From: Lingula anatina
Lineage: Eukaryota > Animalia > Brachiopoda
Reading direction: 5' to 3'
Assembly: GCA_051362555.1 (NCBI GenBank)
Contig: CM120642.1
Coordinates: 19,282,001 to 19,346,000 of the forward strand
DNA: 64,000 nt
Made by a program: the position numbers and the translations under genes. Position 1 is the stretch's first letter. Each line of letters begins with the position of its first letter. This document shows, one piece after another, positions 11,351 to 24,348 of the stretch. The notes below the pieces were generated by a model. It worked only from the letters and a program-made list of their open reading frames with translations. It had not been told where the DNA came from and searched no databases.

Positions 11351-13757
11351 GCCCGGTGTTGTCCCTAGGTTTTATCTTTTGTCAGCATATACGCACCACT
11401 GACGACACATTTCAAGGAAAACCAGGAGTGATCAGTGGTAGGAAAATGCAGGTCAATTCAAAAATCTGCTTGATTGTACCATTTTTAGTCATATTTTTTT
11501 GCATATTTTGAGAATTCTTATTGATTGCATTTTATAGATCTTGTCTGGTGACTGGTGGTGGTGTCCCTTTTTTTTTTTTTTTTTTTTTTTTTTTGGGGGG
11601 GGGGGGGGGGGGTCCATACGAATGCGCTTACTCCAGCTGGTGGTCATCGCTCTCTGATACTCTAGTTTACATCTGATGTATAACAAGTGTGTATCCTTGA
11701 GTTTTATGCGAAAATGAAAGATCGCTCTTATTAGCGATAGGAATACTTGTAAATCAGATTTCAGCTGCTACCAGAGAAACATAGAATTGGGTGAAGAATG
11801 TGTTCCTCACTATTATTCACAACCTAATTAGTTCTTAAATGAAAATTATCAAACACAAGCCGAAATATTATAATACCGGGGTGATGGTCTTCATCAGACT
11901 GATGTGAGTAGATGTTGACACTTACTGACCGCTAGGTGATATAGCGGCCAGGACCCTCTTATAAATGTCAGGTAGATCGACCCCCATCCCTATTCATGGG
12001 TGGCTGGTGACGGCTGATATTGATGTTTATAAGAACTCAAATAATAAAGTCAACTTTAGAAAATTCACCGTGACTTGGAGACGCACTATCCCGATAATGT
12101 ACATGCATGATCATGACAGTTTCCTCGGACACCGCACAATATGATACAAATAAATGTATGAACAAATGTCATCATATACTTGTGTTTATACATGTATATA
12201 GGGGTACATGGTATGCCCAAAAGTAAAGTATACAGCTGCATGGCTTGATTGGTGTAGTTAAAACAGGGGAAATCATTACAATAACCTTTGTACCCAGCTC
12301 TCATTTACATTGAGTTTCATTTAATATGCAATGTATACCTAAAACTTAATTTACCTAATCTGTTAGAAACTGTTTGGTAGTTTCCAATGCAGCACTTACA
12401 AATAGTAAAAATATCGGGGACTACAAACTTAGTTTTTGTCCCGAGTTGCCCATCATTAACACTTCCTCCACTCTACTTAACGCTATATAAAAAACGAAAT
12501 ACGTATTTTGGGAGTTTTTGGATATAATTTGAGGTCAGATTACGGTGTTGCAAAAGATCTGGCACCTAGCATCCAGATCAAAAATGTTGGAGCACAAATG
12601 CTAACTTCACATTGCGTGAGCGCATAACCCTGGCTGACATACAAGCAAACTCAGCTGTTCCTGAGTATTTTGTTACTGCTCACATTTTGCTAGTGCTAAT
12701 AATAATAATAATAATAATTATTATTATTATTATTTTAATTATAAGTCTTATATCCGTTATAAAAGCGTTAAGTTGATTTCAGAAGATACATGCAATAATT
12801 AAGAAATATAAGTAAATTGTTAACATTTTATTTATTTGAGCTAAACATACTACAGTCTTGACATTTTATATGAAATATTTCGGCTCCAAAGGTATGCCTA
12901 GGTAAAAATGTATTCTTTTTTCCCAATCTATTATCAGATATGTGAATGGATAATTGTGTAGTCAGGCGTGTCGCTATGAATAAACTTACTACCATATCTG
13001 TTGCACTGCTGCATTTTGTAATAATCAGTGATTTAATTGGGTAATGCTCATTTGGGCTGTCAAAGAAGTATCCATATGTCCGCAACTACTGCACAGAATA
13101 ATTTTAAAATTTTGCATGTGAGTGGTCGGTTTTGCAGTGCGTAAAATGAGCTAAGCAGTGTTTTACAAAATCAGTATGTGGCGCGAGAAAGACAAACATT
13201 GCCAGACAGGTCATTGTGCCAAACGGGCCGGTCCGCACAGTTTTTTAAAGTTACGCCCAGACTCCTGTACCTAGACAGAGATCACACCCAATGTATCGAA
13301 ATCTTACTTCCAGTGTACAGGACTCACTGTCCTTTCAGATATGCTGCTGCAACTAAACTAAAACCATCCATACCGTTCAGTATGAGGGACAAATTGCCAC
13401 TAGAACGCGTTTTTCAAGGACCTTTCCGAACACCAGACTGGTTTTAGCAGACGACCCCTGGGGAAGCCACTGTTAACAGCAAAACTTCGTCTTCTGTTTC
13501 TCTAAAGAATTGGAGACCATAACCGTTTCTGGGTCGGTCGAACACTAAAACCCGGTGGCTTTCTTTATTGAAGTCAGATTTGACATATACCGCTCAATTA
13601 GTCAAAAACAATTTTACAGACATCCAGAATAGGCCTACGACTAAACAGTATTTGGCGTGGATACCACATTGGTGCCAAACACCATTGGTAGGCATCAATG
13701 AGAACCTAAACCAGATCAGGGAACCACTTGAATATCATTTGATAGGGGGCTCTTTTA

Positions 13758-14370
13758 AGGCCGCGTCACGCTTATTCGGAATCAGCAAGAATCAAGCAGA
13801 ACCAGCCGGAATGGAGAATTTTCAAAATTCGTACTACGTTCCTGAACAGATTTCAAATTGATCTAAATTCTTGTAAGAATGCCGTTGGAATATTCAGAAT
13901 ACGCTTGAATCTGCGTGCACACTTCGGCTGTATTAGCTCTCAAATGCAGCTCGAGTGTAGTTGGAAAACTAGGAATATCGATAATGGTGTCAGAATGAAG
14001 TCAGAATATTTAGAATACACTTTGAACACGAGTACGAGTGTAGTTTGATTGCTGGCTGAAATGAGATTTCGGCAACCATCGAGATGCATTCGAGTTGCAT
14101 TCCCGCTCACTCTAGTAGGATTTGAAGTGACTTGCCATTTTGGTTCTCCCTCGAACGCGATCAGAATGTTTCGAATGCTGTCGGAATGCCCTAAGAATAT
14201 TTAGATTGCACTCATTGTGCAGTTAGAACACACTTAGAATGCCATTCGATATTTCTCCACTTGGAATACACTTCGAAAGTTTAAAAATATTTGGAATGCA
14301 CTCAGAAATTTTAGAATGCTCCAGGAACGTACAAAGAATTGCTCATTCTGCCACTAGTGTGACGGGGCCT
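13758..14370. mobile_element. PIF/Harbinger (Tourist-like) MITE
   Basis: TIR AGGCC(G/C)CGTCAC(G/A)CT, TTA on both flanks, and a GAAT-rich interior. Confidence 0.8.
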
Positions 14371-15396
14371 TTACAGACGATAACTTGGGAAATATGGAGA
14401 TCAATATATCGCTGTTAATGGTTGTCCAATGACTTACAAGTAGAATAGGCAATGTAATTTTGTTTGCTTCACTGGATAATTCAATTAATAAACTGACGTC
14501 ACAATAACATCAAGGAGATGATTAAAAGTTATTAAAACACGATTTTAATCTTTATCGTCATTTATTAGTCAGCGAAATAGGAAAAAACTGACGAAAAACG
14601 ATCTAGATATAAATATTCCACATAAAATGTCAGGTCTGTTGTTAAACATCGAAATAAACGATAATAGTACCAAGTTATAAATAAATTTAATGTCCAGTCA
14701 AACAATAATAAATGTTAAAACGTTTTTAACTTAAATTTGCCAGGAGTCTAACTGATTTACAAGTGTTTTTACGACCACGAATTTGTAGAGTGAGGTTGCC
14801 ATGCCATGGGATATTGATTTGGCGTACATGGCATCAATATATGCTAATAAACCACTTGATATCATGTTACGATTCTGAGTATATATTAGCTTAAAGGCGC
14901 TTATCAATAAAACATTGCATGTATATATATTAAGATTTCAAATCAAGTATATATGTGTAATGTTTTCCCCGGTTATGTGCGTTAAGAGACGCTCTGAATT
15001 AAGTTAACATATTTATCTTTATTTTATTTTACTTTCTTTATTCTAATCTATGCATTTGTTACTCAGAAAAAGGAAGACTGATTAAACATTTTACATAACA
15101 TTTCAGGCGTGTCATCTGAATTGTGATGATCTAAACTGAATATATATTAGAAAAAAAATAATGTAAAAAAAAACCTGCACCACCACTTTTTTCTTTTTAG
15201 GCCGTACCAATTATTCGACTGGGAAATGGGTACATGTAGCTAGATAAATAATCGGGGAATCATTTGTAATTCTTTCAAGTGAGTTTAGCTGATTGAAAAA
15301 TATTTTCATTTCACAAGTATGGCCTGTATCTTGGTTTCAGAATTCTAAATATTGACAGTTTTATAAAGGCATACAGATAACGTTCATAACTCTTAC

Positions 15397-15450
15397 CTGT
15401 GTTTGAGCAAGAGTTCTTTGCCGTCATGGAGAGGAATCACCGACCATTCA
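15397..15450 (-). other. Candidate upstream non-coding (5' UTR) exon of copy 1; paralogous donor at 39497
   Basis: Strong minus-strand donor CAG|GTAAGA at 15397/15396, conserved at 39497. The first coding exon has an acceptor (TTTTCTCAATAAAG|GTC at 9711/9710) upstream of its ATG, so an upstream exon is implied. Its identity is inference only, and its 5' boundary is unknown. Confidence 0.3.
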
Positions 15451-15993
15451 ACTGCAAATTCTACCTTGGTCCAATTGTTTTCCCTTGTATGCTTCCCTTC
15501 CACTGGTTCAAAGTGGAAAACACCCTGCATTTATATTGAGACCCAAAGATCTATCCCATAATGATAAAATATTCTAAGGGCCAACCAATGCAATGCATGT
15601 CAAATCTTGCCATGCGTGTTGTTTTTATGACATGTGGTTGATTTCCTTTTAATGCCATTATGGTTATCAATAATTTGTTTTTCGTTCTAGAGTGTTAATT
15701 AGATCACGGAGGGCCTAAATAACAGGGGAGGTCATTTTGACCTCATTTAATTCGAAATGTGTTTTTGGGTGTGAACGCGTGCTTATTGAAAATCAGTCAT
15801 GAGGCGACATTTAGATAAAACATGTCCCCCCCCCCCAAAAAAAAAAAAAAAAAAATGTAACTGCATTTTGGACTGTATAATGTTTGAGAAGAGCACCAAT
15901 AAAATGTTTTCTTTCCAGAGATAAAATTCTTATCATAATTATACCCACTGGGTGCGGCATTATTTATCAAAGAATGATATTTTGGTAGCTATA

Positions 15994-17659
15994 CAACATT
16001 GGTCAAAAAGGTTGTCCCACCCCCATTCCCATGTGCTTTTATTTACAAATGATCACCTCACAGCTGTCAATTGTTAGAAATAGTGCCTTTTATTCCAGAT
16101 ACCGTGTCGAACACGATTAGGGGTTCAAAAAATATAAAATAGTGGTGAAAATATACAAATTTAATACCATTAAATAATTTTTTTAACAGGTTCCTCCTTA
16201 AATCCAATGTTTCACTGCGGTTTCGACAGATGTAAAGAAATGTCTATTAAATTGAAAAGAGGCCATAAAATGTAACCAAATTTACACACAATTAGCATTA
16301 GGGTGTGCTCGTTATAGATCACGTGCCTAATAGCGAGTCCGGCTGCCACGTGCTGCAAGTATCTCCCGTAGATGGCGCGACAAGCCTTCAGCACGGCCGT
16401 AACAGTTCTGTTTTGTGGGATATTGTCCCATTCTTCTTTCACAACTTGGGGGAGATGGTCCACGTTTTTATGGAATTGGGTCTCCTCTGCAATTCACACT
16501 CCAATTCATGTCACAGTTAATAAGTAAGGTTAATATCAGGGATCAAAGATGGTGGGTCCATCCTTAAAGCATTGTGTTTCCACAACAAATCACTTGCCAG
16601 GCGAAAAGTGTGAGCAAGTTTGCCGTCATGATGAAGCCTTGAGTTAACCCATAAGTCAGTTCTTGAAGATGGAGTGAGATATCAGCTAAGAATGCTACGT
16701 TCATTGATCCCACATGCATCTGAACGTAGCCATCCATCACTGGAAGGAAGTCGGTTTTGATGCAGAATCAAGTTATTTCTTGTATCCCATCGATGGTCAA
16801 ATGAGGGTCCACACACATGTTGAAAAATGCCTCTTGGAAGGTTGTGTGCAGGATAATATTGCCTGAGGTGTTAGATCAGTCCGCATCTGGAGAACATTCC
16901 AAGCCCATGGTATTAGTACATTGTTACTTTTGGAACAAAACGTAACTTGGGCATTTTACTGTAACATTCTCAACAGATAGGTCACTCCATTTGCAAGATT
17001 TGACTTCAGGGATGCTGCCGGCGTCATGACAACGCACATGCTCACAGTTCTCGTCTGGCAAGCGATTTGTTGCAGAAACACAGAGCCCTGAGGATGGGGC
17101 AACCGTCTTTGAGTCCTAATATTAATCCTATTGAGCACCTGAGGCATTAATTCGAATGATCATTGCAGAAGAGAACCAATTCCCAACTAATCTGGACCAA
17201 TTCCGCCACGCTCTTTAATATGAATGGGACAATATCCCACAAAACAGAATGGTTACCCGTGTTGAAGGCTTGTCGCGCCATCTACAGGAGATAATTGCAG
17301 TACGCGGTAGACGGACACGCTGTTAGACATGTGACCTTTAACGAGTACACCCTAATGCTAATTGTGTGTACATTTGGTGACATTTGGTGGCGTCTTTTCG
17401 ATTTAATAGGCATTTCTTTACATCTGTAGAAATCACAGTGAAACATTGGATTTGAGGGGGTACCTGTTATAAATTTGACTAAATGGTATAAGATGTATAT
17501 ATGTTCACCACTATTTTGTATTTTATGAACCATAAGTCATGAAAGAAATGATATCTGGAATAAAAGGCACCGTTTATAACAGTTTACATCTGTGAGGTGA
17601 TCATTTGTAAATATAAGTACATGGAAATGAGGGTGGGACAACCTTTTTGACCAATGTTG
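15994..17659. mobile_element. Tc1/mariner-derived non-autonomous element with long inverted arms
   Basis: Termini CAACATTGGTCAAAAAGGTTGTCCCACCC...GGGTGGGACAACCTTTTTGACCAATGTTG are flanked by TA. The empty site is in unit B (~40110). Degenerate transposase C-terminus (HDNAHAH..PSLSPNINPIEHL..EWDNIPQN) at ~17025-17325 (+), mirrored on the minus strand at ~16330-16620. Confidence 0.9.
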
Positions 17660-18826
17660 TACAACAGAAACTTTTCGATACATGAAAGAAACACTTCATT
17701 ACGCATTGCTTGAAAGCTATGTACAACATTTTTTCTTTGCCAATCTAGGGAGTTTTAGAACACAGCTTTATTTTATAGTAAGTCCTAACATTCCAGTTCG
17801 CTTATCTCATCGTGGAAACGTATCCAAAAAGATTTGCGTTTTACTTCCAATATACACATCTGTGTGCCATATATTGATATAATTTCCCATCCCCTGAACC
17901 CAAAAGTTACCTGGAGAGGTACGTAGAAACTTTTGTCAGGGGGGAGGAGGTTGAAGCACTGAGTGATAGATACTGCTGCATTAAACAAAGCAGGAGGTAG
18001 GAAGCGGTATAGTTAGAGATCAGGCCGGTATTGGTAAGGCATAAAGACTCGGGCAAGGTGGAGGAGGCAGTGGTGGTTTTGCAGAGAGGCTTGGGAAAGA
18101 AGGCGCTTTTAAATTGTCCGGTTTTAAAGATAATGAAGTAAATTAAACAGTTTGTATGATGACGTCGATTTAGATTTAAATTTTTTAAAGGTCGCCATTT
18201 TTTGTACAAAATTAATAGCTTAAATGTTGATACAAAATATGTTTCTCTTTCATCATTTGGTTTTAACAATATATATGTTTTAACAATATATCTTTTAAAT
18301 GTAAAATCATTAAACTTTCTTATACAAGAATACAATTTGTCTAGCCTTTTTAACAGTGGTCTCCAAGTCAGTAAGCTGTTGAATTCGACACCCGACTGTC
18401 TAAAATCGGTAACTTGCTTTACTATTCTTCAGTTATTTGATCGGTGATGTCTGATATACTTGTTATTATTTCCTACGTTTTTTATCAAATTTCAAACATC
18501 TAGTGTTGTAACCAATGCATGGTTTTACGTGTTTTACATTTTTGTACAAGTTTGATATCGACTAGCACAACAACGTTTCTCTTTTACTGTACTTCTACGC
18601 GTACAGTAGCAACAAGCCCCCTTGGTATTTGCTCAAAATTCCGACTAAAATAAAAAGGCAAAACATTCCAAAGGATGTAAAGGTACTTGACTTAACGTAA
18701 TAATAAAAAGAAAGTCATTAATATGATGGTCAGTTATCATCTGCAAAAAGTAAAATTTTATCTTGGTCCAATCGTTTTCATTTTCCTCCTTGGTTCAAAG
18801 TCGAAAACTATGTATTTTACTTAGAG

Positions 18827-19290
18827 TCAAAGATCTATCCCATAATGACAAAGCAGTTACACTGACCAACCATTGTAATGCATGTCAAATTGAGGATGCT
18901 TTGGCATACGTGTCACACCTTAGAGATTGGTTTTTCATGATGTGGCTTTATTTCCTTTCAGATGTCTTTGTGTTTATCAGTAATTATTTTTTGTCATTAT
19001 TCACTGATAGTTAAATCAAGTAAGAACCTACCTATATAACATGTGGTTTTGATATCGATCAAAGATCTGTCCCATAATGACAAAGCAGTTACACTGACCA
19101 ACCATTGTAATGCATGTCAAATTGAGGATGCATTGGCATACGTGTCATACCTTAAAGATTGGTTTTTCGTGATGTGGTCTTATTTCCTTTCAGATGTCTT
19201 TGTGTTTATCAGTATTTACTTTTTTTGCCATTATTCACTGATAGTTAAATCAAGTAGGAACCTACCTATTTAACATGTGATTCTGATCTA
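18827..19290. repeat. 232-bp direct tandem duplication specific to unit A
   Basis: TCAAAGATCT(A/G)TCCCATAATGACAAAG starts at 18827 and 19059; unit B has a single copy (~43098). Confidence 0.85.
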
Positions 19291-20004
19291 GTTAAATTCA
19301 AAGTTTGGTTTTTTATGTGTGTGTGTGGGCGCATGTTTGTTCAAATACTGCCATTAGCCAACATTGATTTAGATAAAACATGTCCCCTCAAACATTTTTT
19401 TCTATAAGCTGCGGTTTTGGACTATGATGTTTGAGAAGAGTACCAATAAAATATTTGCGTACTAAACATGAAAACTTATATTAAACTTCAAGGATCATCC
19501 ACCTTTTATTTCAATCATAGTTAAACATGAAGGAATCGAATTTAATGTGTTGAAATATTCATTCAAAAGACAATTAGGAAAAGGACAGGAGTAGATTTAT
19601 TGGCGCTCCTCTCCTCCATCACTTCCTGTGCTCAAGACTGACAAAGTTACAAAGTTAGTCCCCCCATTTCAGAAATTTTAAATAAATATTGTTATCTAAA
19701 TACATACTTGTGGGCTTCCTTGACAAGGTCATAATTGAATCAAACAACTCTTATTGTTATTCCAAACATAACACAATTTGGACTTTGCTTCCTTTTAGTT
19801 TAAATTGTTTTTTATTCCCTTTGGCAGCAGTTATTTCGACCAATATACATTTACTAGCTTTTGTGGCAACAACTCATGTATTAAAATATACGTGTACATG
19901 TGTACGCCTATCTGCTTATGGATATGCGTGGCTAAGAACGTGCTTGATTTTATACCAGTGTATTTTTCAGTTTTAAATAATGACGTTTCACTAATTTTTC
20001 AATA

Positions 20005-20059
<55 letters not shown>

Positions 20060-21339
20060 GTTTGAATATGCTTCGGGCAATTTTAAAATTGGTGATGTTG
20101 GAGTTACCTTCTTTTATTTGATATGGATTTAATCAAATGCCAAACATCTAATGCTCTTACCATGGTATTACGTGTTTTACAAGTTTGATTTCCATTAGCA
20201 AAAAAGTTAAAGTCTATCTTGGTCCAATCGCTTTTATTTTCTTCCACCGCTGCACAGTCGAGAACACCCTGCATTTTATTTAGACATAAAAATCTATCCC
20301 ATAATAATAAAACAGTCACACTGGCCAATTCTTGCAATGAATGTCCAATCAAGGACGTTTGGCATACGTGCAACACCTTATGGTTTGGCTTTTTTGTGTT
20401 TATCAGTACTTATTTTTTTTCGTCAATTCTTTGGTGGTAGTTAGATCACGCAGGAACGCATCTTACAGCTGATTTTGATCTCGTTAAATTCGAATAGTGC
20501 ATTATTCCAGAAGTATAACAATTTGGACTTTTTTAAATTTTATTTTATTCCCTTACACTGTAGTCATTTTTTATCAGTACACATTTATTAGCTCTTGTGG
20601 CAACATCTAATTTACAAGTACAGGGTATATAGGTCTTTCTTCTACTAGATAAATGTGGTTTGATTTACACTGTACATATCATTTTCAAGAACGTTTAGTT
20701 TCAATTTTAATGCAAAAACGCTTTTTTGGAGTTTGAATATGCTCCAGGCATTACATCGGTGATGTCTAAATTATTTACTACCATTTCATACGGTTTTCAT
20801 CAGGTCAGACATCTAAAGCTGAGGTAACTTTTTTTTTCTTTTGAAGTACGTCTACGCGCAGCAAGAAGGACCCTTAGTATTTGCTTAAAACCCCAAGTAA
20901 AAATAACAAGAAAAATCATTCCAAAGCACATAAGGGTACTTAACTTAACATATTACAAAAAATTCCAAATGTTTTCAATGGTAAGGAATGTGTAGTATGA
21001 TGGTCAGCTGTCTTCCTCAAAAAGTTAAATTCTATCTAGTCTAGTCGTTTTCATTCTCTTCCATTGGTTCAAAGTCGAGAACTCCCTGCATTTTATTAAG
21101 ACTTAAAGCTCCCTTCCATAATAATCAAACAGTCACGCTTGTCAACCTTTGCAATGTGTGTCAAGTCAAGGACGCTGTGGCATACGCTTACACCTTCGAG
21201 ACTGGTTTTTCGTGATGTCCCTTATTTCCTTTCACATGCCTTTGTGTTTATCACTAATTAGATTGCCGTCATTATATAGTGCTAGAAAGATCACGAAGGG
21301 GCCTATATAAAAGGTGATTTTAAACTCGTTATATTCCAA

Positions 21340-21382
<43 letters not shown>
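21340..21382. repeat. (TG)n microsatellite (paralog ~45339-45368)
   Basis: Read directly from the sequence. Confidence 0.9.
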
Positions 21383-21385
<3 letters not shown>

Positions 21386-22034
21386 TTGTTTCTTTTTCAA
21401 AATCTGCCATGAACCAACACTGATTTTGATAAAACGTGTCCCCTAAAACATTATTTCTATAAGCTGCGATTTTGGACTGTGATGTTAGAGAAGAGTGCCA
21501 ATAAAAATTGTGTACCAAACATGAACACTTTAATAAAACTTCAAGGGAACATTAAACTCTAATTTCAATCATATATTGTTTGTTTATTTGTTTGTTTGTT
21601 TGTTTGTCTGTTTGTGTGTTTATTTGTCTGTCTGTCTGTCTGTCTATCTGTCTGCTTGTCTGTCTGCCATTTTGTCTGTTTGTTTGTCTGTTTGTTTGCT
21701 TGTTTTTGAGGGAGGGGTATTTATGGCTACGAACGCCTTTTTTATTGTTTTCTTTTTTTAAAGTCTTTTTCTTGTGTATAAAATTATTTATGACATCTTT
21801 TTGTTTTTGAAAATTTTGTCTGTTTTGATTTTCAGTCTCGTGTCATCTTATAGGTAATAATGCGCTTGCACTGAAGGTTGTTCCAGTGCATTATGATGAC
21901 AGACAAAGAAACAAACAGACAGACAGACAGACAGACATACAAATAAACAGACAAACAAACAAACAAACAAACAAATTAACAAACAATCCACCCACAATCC
22001 ACCCATCGATGGAAACTGTCAGCCTGATGTCATA

Positions 22035-22440
22035 CTACTCCCTGGATTGACCACGAATCAGCTACGAATCAGTCACGAATGCCACGAATATTTGCTGAAG
22101 CATGGAGGGAGGGGAAATAGCACAAAATGTCAAGAATAGTCCAGAAATCACTTTCATTCGTACCTAATCCATGCATGCATTCGGCGTATGCTGATTCCAT
22201 ATTGATTCGTAACGTTCGTGCAGTATTCGTAATAGATTCTAAATCGTAGTGAATTCTTGACAATATTCGTGCGATTTCAGCCAAATCCCACGAATATTCG
22301 TAACACCATCGCACCTGTATCGTAACTCAGTTGTAGAGCGTATCGAATAAGGCCATAAAATTTGCAAAATCTTACCAATCCTGAAATTGTCAATTCCTGG
22401 CAGTTCGTGGGATTTGTGGTATGTGTGAAATAGGGGCATT
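22035..22440. mobile_element. MITE-like fragment rich in CACGAAT/ATTCGTG motifs (paralog 49910-50315)
   Basis: Repeated CACGAAT and its complement; the right end GTGTGAAATAGGGGCATT resembles a TIR, but no left TIR was found. Confidence 0.4.
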
Positions 22441-24348
22441 AGTATTTGCTTAAAATGTCTTTTATGGTTTGGGATGTATAGTATGATGGTCAGTTATTTT
22501 CTTCAAAAAGTTAAATTCTATCTTAGTCTAATCGTTTTCATTCTCTTTCATTGGGTCAAAGTCTGCATTTTTATTAAGACTCAAAGATCTATCCCATAAT
22601 AATCAAACAGTCACACTTGCAATGCATGTCAAATTACGGACGCCATGGTATACGTGCTACACCTTATGTTTTGATTGTTCGTGGTTTGGCTTTATTTCCT
22701 TTCAGACGTCTTTATGTTTATTTGTAATTCGTTTTTCATCATTTTAGTGATAGTTAAATCTCTTTGGATCCTTTATAACAGGTGGTTTGGATATAGTCAA
22801 ATTCGAAATGTGTGTTTATATGTGTGCGCGCGTGTTTGCTCAAAATATGCCATCAGCCATCATTGATTTAGACAAAACATGTCCTCTCAAACAGTATTAT
22901 TTCTATAAGCTGCGTTTTTGGACCATTTGAGGCACGTTTGAATAGAATACCAATAAAATGTTTGTGTACCAAAGATGAAACCCTACGGTAATTTAATCTA
23001 CAACGGATTATTTACCTCGTATTTCAATCATAGTTAGACGGTTCTTTTATACATGGATCGATGAAGTAAAATTTAATATGCAGAAATATCGATTGAAAAT
23101 ATAATTAGAAAAAGGACAGAAGTACGAGAATTATTTGTGCCCCCTTTCCTCCACCACTTCCTGTGCTCAAGACTAACCAATTTGCAAAGTCAATTACCCC
23201 ATTTCAGAATTTTAGAAGAAATATTGCTATTTGAATACATGCTTTTGGACTTCCTTGACAAGTTCATAATCAAACTACTCTCATTATTATTTAAGATTTT
23301 ATTCTATTCCCTTAGACTGAAGTCACTTTGTTCTCAAAATACATTTAGTAGTGTTCGTGGCAACATCTATGTGTATACATTTAGGTCTATCTACTGATAG
23401 ATATGCGTGGCTTAAAACGCGCTTGATTCTATACAAGTGTACATAGCATATTCAAGAACATTTCATTTCAACTTTTTATACAAAGAGAATCAGTATTACT
23501 TCTATAAGCTGCGTTTTTGGATAATGGTGTTTGAGACAAGTACCAATGGAAGTTATGCGTGCCAGAGACGAAATCTTGAATTAAACTGTATGGGATTATT
23601 CTCCAGATATTCCAATCATAGTTACACCTTTTTTTAACCAACCAGACTCGAAGGAATTAAAATCAATTTTAAGTGTGTGAAACTTACCATTCACAAGCCA
23701 ATTAGCAAGGGGTAGGGAGTAGAAGGTTTATTAGCGCCCCCATTCCGCCCCCTTTCTTCCTCTCAAGAATGACAAAGTTGCAAAAAATAGTGGGGGTACA
23801 TCAATATTCACTCTTTCCCCTATCACCCTTAACCCCTTGCGTCAACTTCAATATCCACCCTATTTTAATACCCCCTGTACCTAATAGAGTTATCTGAATA
23901 GCTAACCTTGCGGCAACAACTCACTATCCCTTGTGGTAGCAATTTAACTATATATCTAATAATAAATGTATGTATGGTTTTGTACGAGTGTTCACTAAAT
24001 TTATTTCATGTCATGTGTTTGTTTTAAAGGAGAGGAAAAAAGGAAGAAAATAGAAAAATGCTGGGGTATCGCATGGCCAAAATCTAGTCAGTTGTAGAGT
24101 ACTTACCAGATTATGATTTGATTTTAATACCCTCTCAACAAACTTTTTCTTTCTTTTAATGATATTGCAGCCTATTATTATTATTCAAATACCGAGAATG
24201 AAGTTTTTCCTGCATCTAATTATTCAATAATGCAACTGTCTTTGCGCTGATTTAAAACAAAACACTTCGAAATATAAAATATCGGCGTTTACAATTCTCG
24301 TTGCAATGTATGAGCATAGGCAAGTCAAAGCTTTAATCATCAATTTTA

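Larger units (their letters stand above)
18400..23950. repeat. Degenerate tandem array of a ~0.8-1.5-kb module (also ~15450-15900, ~3160-3850; unit B ~42700-45550 and ~50320-51850)
   Basis: Recurring blocks such as CAAAGATCTATCCCATAAT, TTTATTTCCTTTCAGA and CTATAAGCTGCG.TTTTGGAC.ATG.TGTTTGAGAAGAGTACCAATAAAA at about 15545, 18830, 19060, 20290, 21105 and 22580. Confidence 0.8.

Noticed and set aside
12086-13861. Short ORFs conserved between units as small genes
   Set aside because: Their conservation is explained by the recent duplication; no recognisable motifs or splice structure.
21576-21810. Hydrophobic CLSV-repeat ORFs (also 45494-45818, 36653-36856)
   Set aside because: Translations of GTTT/GTCT or ATT microsatellites.
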